Assembly (NCBI RefSeq): GCF_006345805.1
Contig: NW_021833770.1
Span: 1 to 57,272 of the forward strand
Origin: Octopus sinensis
Taxonomy: Eukaryota
Length of the DNA stretch: 57,272 nt
Direction: 5' to 3'
In this document: positions 11,015-22,600 of the stretch, piece after piece
How the letters are laid out: each line of letters starts with the position of its first letter
How positions within the stretch are numbered: position 1 is the stretch's first letter
Position numbers and translations under genes: made by a program
Notes under the pieces: generated by a model
Seen by the model: only the letters and a program-made list of their open reading frames with translations
Told to the model about the DNA's origin: nothing
Database searches by the model: none

Positions 11015-14000
11015 CAGTAGTTTTATTTTTATAGCGTGCTTTCACATCCCTACCGAGCGCAGCTTTGTGTGCCTTGGGTATGTGCTGTGATTTGTTGTGA
11101 TGCTCTGATGGTTATTGTATGGAAAGTGTTCTGCGTAGGATGTGTGCAGTGCCTAGTAGTGCAATTTTCTGTATGTTATATGTGTTTGTAAGTCCTGGTG
11201 TTTTTGTTATGTATTTGTCTGAATATTTTTTATCATGCCTAATGCACCTACTATGATAGGAATTGTTTCTGTTTTTAGATTCCACATCCTGGTTACCTCT
11301 ATTTCTATTTTGGAAGTTTCTCCATTTCTTTTAGAGACACGTTGTCATCTGCTGGTATTGATACGTCAATTAGAAAGCATTTTTCCCTCATGATCTCTGA
11401 CAACTATATCTGGTCTGTTGGCCTTAATTTCTCCATCTGTGTTTATCGGCATATCCCAGATTATGGTTGCTTTCTCGTTTTCTGTGCCCTTTTATGGTGT
11501 GTGCTTATGCCATTTTTTCTGTTGTTATTCCATAATGTTGGCATAGCTTCCAGTGTATGTAGGTCCCAACACTGTCGTGTCTGTGAATATATTCTTTCTT
11601 AGCCAGGACTGGACAGCCAGAGATAATATGATTTATTGTTTCTTGTCCATCTCCACATATTCTGCAGTTACTTGTAATATTTCTCAACCATTGCTGGGAT
11701 TTTTCTTTGTCTATTTCTTTTGCGTTTAGTTTAGTGCAGTATTTACCATGAAGGGGCTTTTCTTGCCATCGTTTTATCATGGTTCGTTGCTGTTCTATTT
11801 TTAATTTGGATTTCATTTGTTTTATAGCTTTTATTGTTTCTCTTCTTCTTCTCTCTTCTTCTTCTTCTTCTTCTTCTTCTTCTTCTTCTTCTTCTTCTTC
11901 TTCTTCTTCTTCTTCTTCTTCTTCATATTTATTAGGTGGTATGATTTCTTGTTTGTATTTGTCAGCTTCCTTAGATACTGAGAACTGTTTTTTGGTTTTG
12001 CTCGTGTTTTGCCGCTATTTGTATCAGTTTTCCTTCCTTCTGAAGTAGATATTTTTGAAGTCCTATCGTGGTTATTTTATAGTAGTTTTCCAGTTGTATA
12101 AGGCCTCTACCACCTTTTATACGTTGCATATATAGTCTTTCTATGTCAGACTTTGGGTGATGCATCCTAGATCCTGTCATTATTTTTCTTGTTTTCCTAT
12201 CTATTTTGGTCAGTTCATTTAGTGACCAGTTAAGGATGCTGTAGCTGTAACTTACAACTGGAACGGCTAAAGTGTTAATGCCTATTATCTTGTTTTTAGC
12301 ATTGAGCTCTGTTTTTAGTATTGATCTAACTCGTCTATAATATTCTTTTTTTTATTTTCTCTTTCATTTGTGTGTGTTGTGTCTTATCTAGTTCATGGAT
12401 TCCTAAGTATTTGTAAGTTTGGCTTTGGTCTAATTCTTTCATTTCATTGGTTTTATCTAGTGTGATGTTGCTACTCTTAACTAGTTTTCCTCTTATCAGG
12501 GTTACTTTGGTGCATTTTTCTAATTCAAATTTCAGATCTATTTCTTTGGTAAATCCATGAACTGTCTTTAATAGTGTTTCCAGCTGTTTGTCATTTGCAG
12601 CGTATAGTTTTAGCTCATCCATATATAAAAGGTGGCTGATCGTTTTGCTGTAACATTTATATCTGCATCCAGTTCTTTTTAGCATATCAGATAGAGGTGA
12701 CAGTGCTAAGCAGAAAAGGAGTGGGGAGAGCGTGTTTCCCTGGAATATTCCTATCCTAATGGGGATGGCTTTGGTTTTCATGAGTCCCTCTTTTGTTTGG
12801 AGCTGTAGCACTGTTTGCCATTTATTCATAGAGTGTTCTATGGATTTTATAATTGTTGGTGCTACTTTGTTAATGGCTAGTGTTTCGAGGATCCATGTGT
12901 GGGGGATGCTATCAAACGCCTTTCTGTAGTCGATCCATGCCATACTGAGGCCTTTCTTCTTTCTGTGGCTGTCTTCAGTTATGTCTTTATTGATCATTAG
13001 TTGATCTTTACAGCCATATGAGCCTTTGCGGCATCCTTTCTGCTCTTCTGGAACTGGTGGTTTTTGTCCAGGTGCTTGTTTAATCTTTGTGATATTATTG
13101 CAGTAAATGCTTTGTAAATTGTAGGGAGACAGGTTATAGGTCTGCAGTTTCTGGTTTTGCTGTCTCATTGGATTTGGGAATTAAGATGGTTTTCCCCTTC
13201 GTGAGCCATTCAGGCATTGTCTCTGGTTCTGCCAGTATGTTGTTAAAGCTTTCAGCCAGCGTTTTTCGTATACCTGGTAGATATTTCAACCAGAAGTTGG
13301 GGATCTTGTCATGCCCAGGTGCCTTCCAGTTGCTTAGTCTTTGCAGTGCCTGGGTGACCTCTTCAGTTGTTATGGGGTCCAAAGTTGCTCAGATGCTATG
13401 TTTGTTGTTTTAATACACCTTTTGTTTGGTTGTTCATTCGCCGACCATATTCCTTTCCAGAATTCTTCCACTTCTTCTGCCGTTGGTGCTGCAGTGATGT
13501 CTATTTTAATTTCGCCAAGCTCTTGGTAGAACTTTTTGGGGTTGGAGTTGAACTCTATGTTTTGTTCAAAGAAACGTTGGCGTTTCTCATACCGGCGGAT
13601 CCTTTGTGCTTTGGCAAGGATATCTTGCTTTAGTTTTTCTTTTATCTCAGGTAAATCCTTTTCTATGATGTTGTATTTGCTCAGTATTTTTGTTTTCTTT
13701 TTGTTGCTCAGTAGCGTTGATTGTTTGCTGATTTCATTAAGAATCGACAGATCGTTTCTCATTTTTTGTATTTTCTTTTGGATGTTATTTATCCACAGGG
13801 TTTGTTTGGGTGGTGGTACTCCTGTTTGGATGGGTTTGAGGGAGTATCTAGCTTCTTTTGTGGCTGCAGTGGCTGCTGCATATACTAAGTCATTTTGCTC
13901 AGTGATATCGCTACTTGTTTCAGTGGCTATTAGTTCTGTGATGGCTAGGTTTATGCTGTTTATAATTGATGTTGTTGTTTTGTCTATTTTGATTTTTGGG

Positions 14001-15072
14001 AGGTATGGTCGGTGGTCCATCTTGAGATCTGTGTTTTTCAGTTCTTTGATTATTCTACTTTTTATATTATCATAATCATTAGGCTCACCTTCGTTGTTTC
14101 CAGGTTTTACATTTGTGTCGCTTTTTTTCACGTTCGTATGTTTGTCTGTTGTGTTGGCTTGCTGCTGTTTGTCGTGTATTATTATGCATCCTTACGGTCT
14201 GGGTTTGTTGTTTTTTTGTTTACATCGTTTTTGTTGGAAATGTTACGTTTGTCTTCGTGTTTTACTGTTTCAGTGTTTATATTATTGGGCATTGTTGTGT
14301 GGCTTCTATCTACATTTTACTGATGTATTTTTTCTTTTAAATGTTCTATTTCTATTTCTGATATTATATTTTGCGTTGAGAATATATCTTTGTACGTTAG
14401 CTAGTTTATTAGGGTTCATTGCTGTATCCAAGTCTATATTTATGTTATTTTTCTTCCATATTTTATATGTATGTTGTTTGTGTTTTCATTCTCTGGGTAG
14501 AGCACTGCTGTAAACGGAGCGTGTAGGATAGAAATGTATTCCTCAAATGTCCATTTATGTCTTTTGGGTTTTATTTGCGGGACATAAGGAACAACGTCCG
14601 GCCCATTACTTTGACGGTCGTCATTTCCGTAGGGTACCGGTCCGTTCATTTCTATCGTCACATTGTTTTGCACGTGTAGTCTTTCGTACATTTTATGTTG
14701 TAAGTTTAAAGTACGTACTTCCCGATTGTTATTCTTGGGTTGAATAATATCGGTATTATTTAATTTATTTGTAGTTTTTTTGTACATGGTGTTTGGGGCC
14801 GGAGATGATCTGGTGTTGATCGATCGTAATGTATCGAGCATGTTTACATGTGTTGTGTTAGAGGTGGAGATGATATCGAGTTAAAATACGTAATTTCGTT
14901 TGGAAAATAGTAATAAATTTCAATGAGTATTACTTACTCGGATATAGTCCTTGGTCAGTTAATTTTTGGCTCCATACGATGTCTTTGTTTTCGATGTTTG
15001 TGGATAGATTTCGGAGCCCTGTTTTATCGTTCTCACATGTTAAACGTCACCGGTGTTCTCCTCCTCCTGCTT
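11015..15072 (-). mobile_element. R4/Dong-clade non-LTR retrotransposon (RT + CCHC + restriction-like endonuclease), near full length, frameshifted
   Basis: N-terminal KRHKWTFEEY; LPKIK...DITEQNDLVYAAA; RT LSNWKAPGHDKIPNFWLK, QKGCRKGSYGCKDQLMINK, AWIDYRKAFDSIPH, GIFQGNTLSPLLF, HLLYMDELK; WQEKPLHGKY; CRICGDGQETINHIISGC; RHD; RLE IKANRPDIVV...FLIDVSIP (~11330-11460). Flanked on both sides by (TAA)n. Confidence 0.92.
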
Positions 15073-15074
15073 TA

Positions 15075-15133
<59 letters not shown>
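15075..15133. repeat. (TTA)n array at 5' flank of Dong/R4 element
   Basis: Directly visible. Confidence 0.95.
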
Positions 15134-15134
15134 G

Positions 15135-15570
15135 TATTAACTAACGAAATACATTATAATCGAACCAAGTGAAACCGAGTTTATTGAGCAGAGTACTTTT
15201 TGAAATGTCAACTGATGAGAAACATCTGCAAAGAAAGATGCACCGCGGCCAATCGACCATTATCTCATCCGTGAGGGGCCGATTGCAGACGGGTTGAAAC
15301 GGCAGTAATGATTAACGAATCTCGTAAAATCCATTTTCCATTTCCGTCAAACGTGAGTGTGTGTATTGTGTGTGTGAGTGAGTGTGTGTGTGTTTGTGTG
15401 TGAGTGAGTGTGTGTCTGTGTGTGTGTGTGAGAGTGTGTGTGCATACGCTTAGGCGTTGGCATGGTTGTGTGATAAGAATTTGCTTGTGTATTTAGTCCT
15501 TCTGCGTGTACTCTGGTCTCCAACCGAACAAACCCGTGTATGTTAGTTAATTGGGTACACGGTAACTGAA
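15135..15570 (+). repeat. Block A3 of old duplication (homologous to 45520-45885)
   Basis: Shared aacgaaatacattataatcgaacc, agaaacatctgcaaagaaagatgcac, tctcgtaaaatccattttccatttccgtca, tactctggtctccaaccgaacaaacccgtgtatgttagttaattgggtac. Confidence 0.9.
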
Positions 15571-15584
15571 GGAAACCCGTCGTA

Positions 15585-16358
15585 TATATAAAGTTCCTGA
15601 ACGAGCTATGTTTGATAAAAGTAACTCATGTTACCTGAGCAATAATACAACTGCCCCGGCTTTTCTGACACTTTTGGAATCTACGACCTGGACGTAGTTT
15701 TCCATAGGCGAGTCGAGGACCTCTTGAACTCGATGAAGGTGTTAAATTCGCTCTTGATCTCGACCTCTGAGCTGATTTTTCATCTTGAGGAACACATGCA
15801 AGTCAGCAGGTGGTAAATCTGGCGAATAGGGCAGGTGCAGAAGCGATAGCATGTTGCTTTTGGCAAGAAACTTACGAGTGAGGTGATAGGTGCATTGTTG
15901 TCGTGAAAAATTCAATACATCGCGAATCACAGAACCGGTCATTTTCGCCGAACGTCCTCTCCGAAAAAGCTCCCAATGCACAATACCGAGGATGTCGGAA
16001 AAAATGATGAACATGGTCTTGATTAAGCTGTGATTTTTTCGTGCGCCCATACAGTCGAAACATTACATACGACCCACTGTCTCGCCGCCATAAGTTTTCC
16101 AAAGCATGCTCAATCTCTCTGTAGCAGACTTCCCAATTTTAACGTAAAATTACACTTTCTTCATTTCTTCCAATTTCCTCTTCATGACAAGAATCGCAGA
16201 TGACATTATCACCGAAATGCAAATTCCACATCTTGCGAAGTATATACAGCGATGTCACTCAGAAGGCTGCCTCATGAAGGTCACTGCTAGCTATCACATC
16301 GCATAAAATCGTTTGCGTGCTATAGAACTCGTTCGTGAAATTTCGAAACGACCTCGTA
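15585..16358 (-). mobile_element. Mariner-family DNA transposon, degenerate and internally deleted
   Basis: Minus ORF 15742-16050: KTMFIIFSDILGIVHWE...LHLPYSPDLPPADLHVFLKMKNQLRG (mariner YSPDLAPxD motif). Right end ...cctcgTA gives a TACGAGG TIR; left end aaagttcctgaacgag partly matches it. Confidence 0.8.
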
Positions 16359-16372
16359 CATGCATATATATG

Positions 16373-16419
<47 letters not shown>

Positions 16420-16457
16420 TTATAGTTATGTAAGTATTTCATACATACATGCATGCA

Positions 16458-16546
<89 letters not shown>

Positions 16547-17140
16547 ATATATATATACTAGCACTGAAGAAATTCTATATTGTAGAATTGTATAAAAAAC
16601 CAACGGTTTGGGAGGCAGAGAAAATCATTAGAGATACTAAATAATATTTTATACATGCATACATCTATCTCATATACATATATCTGCTTGTATTTGTGTA
16701 TTTATATATATATATTTGTAAATATATATCTATATCTATATTATCTCTCTCTCTCTCTCTCTCTCTCTTTCTATTTATCTATCTATCTATCTGTCGTCTA
16801 CGATACGACTATACTGCCATTTAACCACAGGAACACATCAGTTGATTTATTCAGTTCGCTTCTCACACTCGATATTTAGTGCAATCGGGAGATAACACCT
16901 GCTTCACTAGCTTAAAGACTCTAGCCCACAGGTTTCGATCTGTATTTGATCTCCTTAGAGGTGGGTAGTCGTGGCCAGGCATGTCAGGATTTACTATATA
17001 TTGCAATATATAGAAAATAGTGTCATTGATTGTGTGACTAGGACACTAAAATGTTAGAAAATCTCTGTTCATGAAAGAAGCAGTATAAGAAGCAAAAATA
17101 TTGCCCATGATCACTTTAAAGTGGCTAAATATATGTGATA

Positions 17141-17177
<37 letters not shown>

Positions 17178-17297
17178 CGATTTAGGAGTGACCCCCACAG
17201 GTCACTCGTCCACCAGAAAGAGCAGCCATAACTCACACCGCCAAGTATTATTAATTCAGAAATTAGGTGAAATTTAAAAAACATTTACCCTAATTCA

Positions 17298-17398
17298 TCT
17301 TTTAGACGTTGCAACGTTTCTGTGTCATTATGATTAAATTAGCTTAATTAAATTAAATTAAGCCAATCTACCATAGGTTACACTTCATCAGTAAAGAC
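17298..17398 (-). ncRNA. Type I hammerhead ribozyme (inverted copy)
   Basis: Reverse complement of TCTTTA-CTGATGA-a-GTGT...ACAC-a-GAAAC-GTTGCAAC-GTC-TAAAAGA. Confidence 0.7.
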
Positions 17399-18014
17399 CT
17401 GGGAGAGACAAATATACACGAGGCGTCTGTATCGAAGCCTACGGGATATCTGACTTAAAATTTTCAAGACTGACGTATTCGCGCCAACTTATCAACAGTA
17501 ATATAAACTGCCGCTTCAATCTCAGAATTATTCAGAAAATTATCAATTAGTCAATTTAGTGTAACCTATGGTAGATTGGCTTAATTTAATTTAATTAAGC
17601 TAATTTAATCATTAATGACACAGAAACGTTGCACGTCTAAAAGATGAATTAGGGTAAATGTTTTTAAATTTTCACCTAATTTCTGAATTAATAATACTTG
17701 GCGGTGTGAGTTATGGCTGCTCTTTCTGGTGGACGAGTGACCTGTTGGGGTCACTCCTAAATCGTTATATTTATATATTTAGTCGATGACTATTTTCTTT
17801 TTTTCACCAGGCCGCTGGTTGCGATAGATTTCTATTGAATTTTTTGCTACCCTAAATTGACTAATTGATAATTTTCTGAATAATTCTGAGATTGAAGCGG
17901 CAGTTTATATTTACTGTTGATAAGTTTGGCGCGAATACGTCAGTCTTGAAAATTTTAAGTCGGATATCCCGTAGGCTTCGATACAGACGCCTCGTGTATA
18001 TTTGTCTCTCCCAG

Positions 18015-18116
18015 GTCTTTACTGATGAAGTGTAACCTATGGTAGATTGGCTTAATTTAATTTAATTAAGCTAATTTAATCATTAATGACACAGAAACGT
18101 TGCAACGTCTAAAAGA
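18015..18116 (+). ncRNA. Type I hammerhead ribozyme with extended stem II
   Basis: TCTTTA (stem I) CTGATGA (18022-18028), stem II GTGT/ACAC plus long AT hairpin 18043-18078, GAAAC (18094-18098), palindromic ACGTTGCAACGT stem III, GTC cleavage triplet (18107-18109), TAAAAGA (stem I). Confidence 0.75.
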
Positions 18117-18954
18117 TGAATTAGGGTAAATGTTTTTAAATTTTCACCTAATTTCTGAATTAATAATACTTGGCGGTGTGAGTTATGGCTGCTCTTTCTG
18201 GTGGACGAGTGACCTGTTGGGGTCACTCCTAAATCGTTATATTTATATATTTAGTCGATGACTATTTTCTTTTTTTCACCAGGCCGCTGGTTGCGATAGA
18301 TTTCTATTGAATTTCTTTGACTACCTAAATTGACTAATTGATAATTTTCTGAATAATTCTGAGATTGAAGCGGCAGTTTATATATTACTGTTGATAAGTT
18401 TGCGCGAATACGTCAGTCGTGAAAATTTTAAGTCAGAATCCCGTAGGCTTCGATACAGACGCCTCGTGTATATTTGTCTATCCCAGGTCTACTGATGAAG
18501 TGTAACCTATGGTAGATTGGCTTAATTTAATTTAATTAAGCTAATTTAATCATTAATGACACAGAAAACGTTGCGTGAACGTCTAAAGAGAATTAGGTAA
18601 TGTTTTTAAATTTTCACCTAATTTCTGAATTAATAATACTTGGCGGTGTGAGTTATGGCTGCTCTTTCTGGTGGACGAGTGACCTGTTGGGGTCACTCCT
18701 AAATCGTTATATTTATATATTTAGTCGATGACTATTTTCTTTTTTTCACCAGGCCGCTGTTGCGATAGATTTCTATTGAATTTCTTTGCTACCCTAAATT
18801 GAACTAATTGATAATTTTCTGAATAATTCTGAGATTGAAGCGCAGCAGTTTATATTACTGTGATAAGTTTGGCGCGAATCGTCAGTTCTGAAAATTTTAA
18901 GTCAGATACCGTAGGCTTCGATACAGGACGCCTCGTGTATATTTGTCTCTCCAG

Positions 18955-19055
18955 GTCTTTACTGATGAAGTGTAACCTATGGTAGATTGGCTTAATTTAA
19001 TTTAATTAAGCTAATTAATCATTAATGACACAGAAACGTTGCAACGTCTAAAAGA
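18955..19055 (+). ncRNA. Type I hammerhead ribozyme (third copy of the CTGATGA core; the copy at ~18485-18590 is degenerate)
   Basis: CTGATGA 18962-18968, GAAAC 19033-19037, GTC 19046-19048, same stems. Confidence 0.72.
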
Positions 19056-19270
19056 TGAATAGGGTAAATGTTTTTAAATTTTCACCTAATTTCTGAATTA
19101 ATAATACTTGGCGGTGTGAGTTATGGCTGCTCTTCTGGTGGACGAGTGACCTGTTGGGGTCACTCCTAAATCGTTATATTTATATATTTAGTCGATGACT
19201 ATTTTCTTTTTTTCACCAGGCCGCTGGTTGCGATAGATTTCTATTGAATTTTTTGCTACCCTAAATTGAC

Positions 19271-19310
<40 letters not shown>

Positions 19311-19504
19311 TGTATGTATTAATATTATCCACATCAATTATCCACATAAACAATAACTATAGTTACGTACATATATGTGTGTGTGCGTGTGTCTGTAGTG
19401 CTTTCTTCTGTGTGTTTGAGAGTGTGTGTATGTGAATGTGTGCGTGTGTTTGTGTGTGTGCGTGTGTGTGTGTGTGTGCGTCTGTGTGTAGACGTAGGAG
19501 TAGA

Positions 19505-19580
19505 TGTACGCTAAGAAGTATGCCACCGAACCACATGATTCCAGGTTAAGTCCCACTGCATGACACCTTGGGCAAGTTTC
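19505..19580 (+). mobile_element. Fragment of tRNA-related cephalopod-type SINE
   Basis: taagaagtatgccaccgaaccacatgattccaggttaagtcccactgcatgacaccttgggcaagt is a diverged reverse complement of the cleaner copy at 49030-49165. Confidence 0.7.
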
Positions 19581-19697
19581 TTTTGTATGTTTTGTAGTAT
19601 TTAATACATTTTACATTTATGGAATAACTGAACGTCACGCATCCCGACTTTGTTAACAGGAAGTTTGCATATACATACATATGTAAATATAGGTATA

Positions 19698-22600
19698 CTA
19701 GCAGATAAGCCCGATTTCACCTGGTCTGTTTGGATGATGTGGGTGTGATCGTTTTCGGTTAGGCATAATCTATAACAACGTTTCTCAACCTTATCATTTC
19801 GGGTCTCCTGTTTCGATTGGAGCCTCCAGCTATATGAAAATTTATTTCCATCTCCACCCTTCCCGCTGTCAGAAAACAGCTTCAGGAGTTGTGAAGAAAG
19901 AATTCGTATGTAGTCTGTTTCTGAGAGCTATTGCATTGGGCCACTGTCTAATCATTTAAACATTTATTTAATTATGAAGATAGAAAGAAATTATACATTA
20001 ATCACTATTTTTCTAAGCAGTTGTATCCATAAAAACTTTCTTTACAGAGACAGAAATTGAAAGATATGTGAAATGGACATGTGTGTGGTGTGTGTGTGTG
20101 TGTGTGTGGGTGTGTGGTGTGAGCTTACTTGTGCATGTGAGAGAGAAAGAGGATGAGAAAGAGAGATAGTGTGTGTGAGTGATGGTGTGTGTCATTGAGT
20201 TACATTGGCTGGAACGGCGGCTACGAAGCTTTTGATGCGGCAGATGACTGGGGTGTTTTGAAAGATGTGAAGAAATGCCATCTTTTCAGAGGAGCGCTTC
20301 TTTGTAGGCTACATTCTCGTTTTCCCTTCTGATGCACAAATGTCTAGACTTTGTGTGCCGCCAACATGGGAGCATCAAACGGTGAGTTGACCGTGGGAGA
20401 ACACTTGTTCTGTGAGATTTAAACCAACCATTTGCAAAGATTGACCCTGTACCTTATATATTTTCAAAGCAAAGTAGAGTTTGATAGGAAATTGAAGCCG
20501 CTTAAATTTGTAGATCGTGTCGGAGGGAGTGAGGGATATTGGGGTTATAAGAACATCTTGAGCAGTGGCTGGTCCATTCAAGATGTTTGCCTGCAGAACT
20601 CGGGAGTATATATATTTTATTATCATTCGCGTGCCGTTACACATTATTTCAGCATCCAAATTCCGCAGCGGCATGATGGGCGCGCCATCCTTGAGATGGA
20701 GTTCCAGAGGCTGAAGTCCTGTGGGCGTTGGGAATTAAGAAATGCTGTGCGCAAAACGGTCATATCATCCAGGTTTTCATGCGTGTCAATGGGCTTGAAG
20801 GAGAGTTATTATTGATAGCGTCGACTGTTTTATTGTGAGGCGCCAAAATTGCTATTCTTGTAGGCAAGTTGTGTGAAGGCTTTGGCTTGCAATGTCAGGA
20901 AAAACTGAAGAAACAAAATCATCTTTGTTAGGCACGAAGTTACCAAATGGTAAATGGATGAAACCATCAGTATCACCAGCTACAGTCCATTACTAACATC
21001 GAGAAGCTGCGCCGAGAATGTGGCCGCATTTTCGTCGCCAAACACGTGAACACTCATGTTCGTAGTCAGGTGAAGTTTCTCGCTGTGGTGCCATAACTAG
21101 GATGATTTTATGGAAGCATTTACTTCGTTAGCTCTTGTCCCCCAGGGAATGACAGGTAGAGTTTGTCGGAAGTTGCCAGCAAGCAGAACAATCACTCCAC
21201 CCATCACTCTCATATTGCGTCTCAGGTCTTGAAGAGACCGCTCGAGCGCCTCAAATGCTGCCTTATAACACATGGCTTCCTCATCCGAAATGATAAAGCT
21301 GCACTCAGTGAGAAGATTCCCCATGGCTGAGCCACGACTAAAATTGCAAGTTGGATTTCCCTGTTTGGTCAAGTCTAGTGGTAATTTGAATGCTGAGTGT
21401 GCCGTACGACCGCCATGCAGTAGAGTTGCTGCGATGCCGCTGGATGCAACCGCTATGGCAATCCCATTTTCCTGGAGAATATTGGCGAGTGGGAGGTTCA
21501 TGAGAAACATTTTTTCCGGTTCTGCCGGGAGCATCCAAAAAAAAATGTCTTTCGTTGGAATTAATACTTGCGAGGAACCTGTTGTATTCAATTCTCTGTA
21601 CTTCCAAAAGTCTAGGAACATCCTGAGCACCTGCGCCACCATTTCCTGTCTGTTGTAGCTCAACTCTCACATGTACTCAGCAGCTAAAGCATTTGAAATG
21701 TCCCGCGGAGACGGCAGACTGAAATCTGAGTACTCCAACTCCTCCCATAGCTTGCAGTCGCGATTGCAAATCGAGGAGGGCTGTGTTGTAGATGACGTTA
21801 TTGAAGTCGAATCCAGCCGTTGGATCTTCGTCTTGAAGTCGTCGGAGATAGTCTTCGGAAAAACTATCTTTAAATGTGTCCCACAAATGAAGAGGGTCAG
21901 ACACATTACTCAATAGCAAGATGAGACAAAATATTCAGCGCATTACTTCTGGTGTCCTGCATTCAGAGACCTCTTGCAATGCCGTGTTCCAGAGACCCTC
22001 ATCCTCGAGTAGTCCCCGTCGCAAGCAAGCTTCCCTGTAAGTGCAACACATTTGTCCATCGAATGATCTGACGTGGGCAAATGATGTTGGGCCTTTCATA
22101 TGAAACAGAATCATCCACAAAAAAACACTCCTGATGATTTGGGTGTACAGTGTGGACACGATCGATCATGTTTCCTTTGTAGATTACCTCGCCAACCTCA
22201 TTGTCGATTCGCACACCCTGCCGCCACCTTTGCCATTTTTTGTTAGTCCAAGTGAAGTAGGACGGTACATCCTCATAAAGTAGAGTTTGCGCAAAGGAAT
22301 CGGATGTACACGACTTAAAGAATGCTGTAAACGTTGTTTCCGGTGGCTTTTTGAGTACATTTGCGGCGGTGTTCTCAGTGAAGTAAACACGTTGCCTATT
22401 TTCTAAGTGTACATCTAGGCCAAAAACAGCTGCAGAGGACTGGTGAATATCAAAATCTAGAATGCGCCATGCCGCCATATTGAACGAAATATACCTGCCC
22501 ATAACGTATTGAAGGATTTTATCGTTGGCTGTTTCTTCATCCTGCACACCCAAAACAGCCATGTCGCTGCCCTTGTTTACATGTTTGCATATGTACTTGA

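Larger units (their letters stand above)
17172..19271. repeat. ~470-bp tandem array (17559-19271, ~3.6 copies) with abutting inverted ~390-bp copy (17172-17559); hammerhead-bearing retrozyme/PLE pseudo-LTR-like
   Basis: gtgtaacctatgg recurs at 17559, 18030, 18500 and 18970 (period 470-471). 17172-17559 is the reverse complement of part of the unit. No ORF. Confidence 0.92.

Noticed and set aside
16313-16879. YI/IY/CV-repeat ORFs (also at 34389-35478, 41101, 53858-54317 and elsewhere)
   Set aside because: Artefacts of (TA)n, (TACA)n and (CA)n repeats.
16915-16965. Minus-strand GATC-aaataca-GATC-GAAAC motif resembling a hammerhead
   Set aside because: Core is degenerate (CTAAGGA) and no stem I pairing was found.
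17172-19271. CRISPR-like or bacterial repeat array interpretation
   Set aside because: Units are ~470 bp and near-identical with no unique spacers; eukaryotic context; no cas genes.
19505-19580. tRNA gene
   Set aside because: B-box-like sequence belongs to a SINE head; no cloverleaf.
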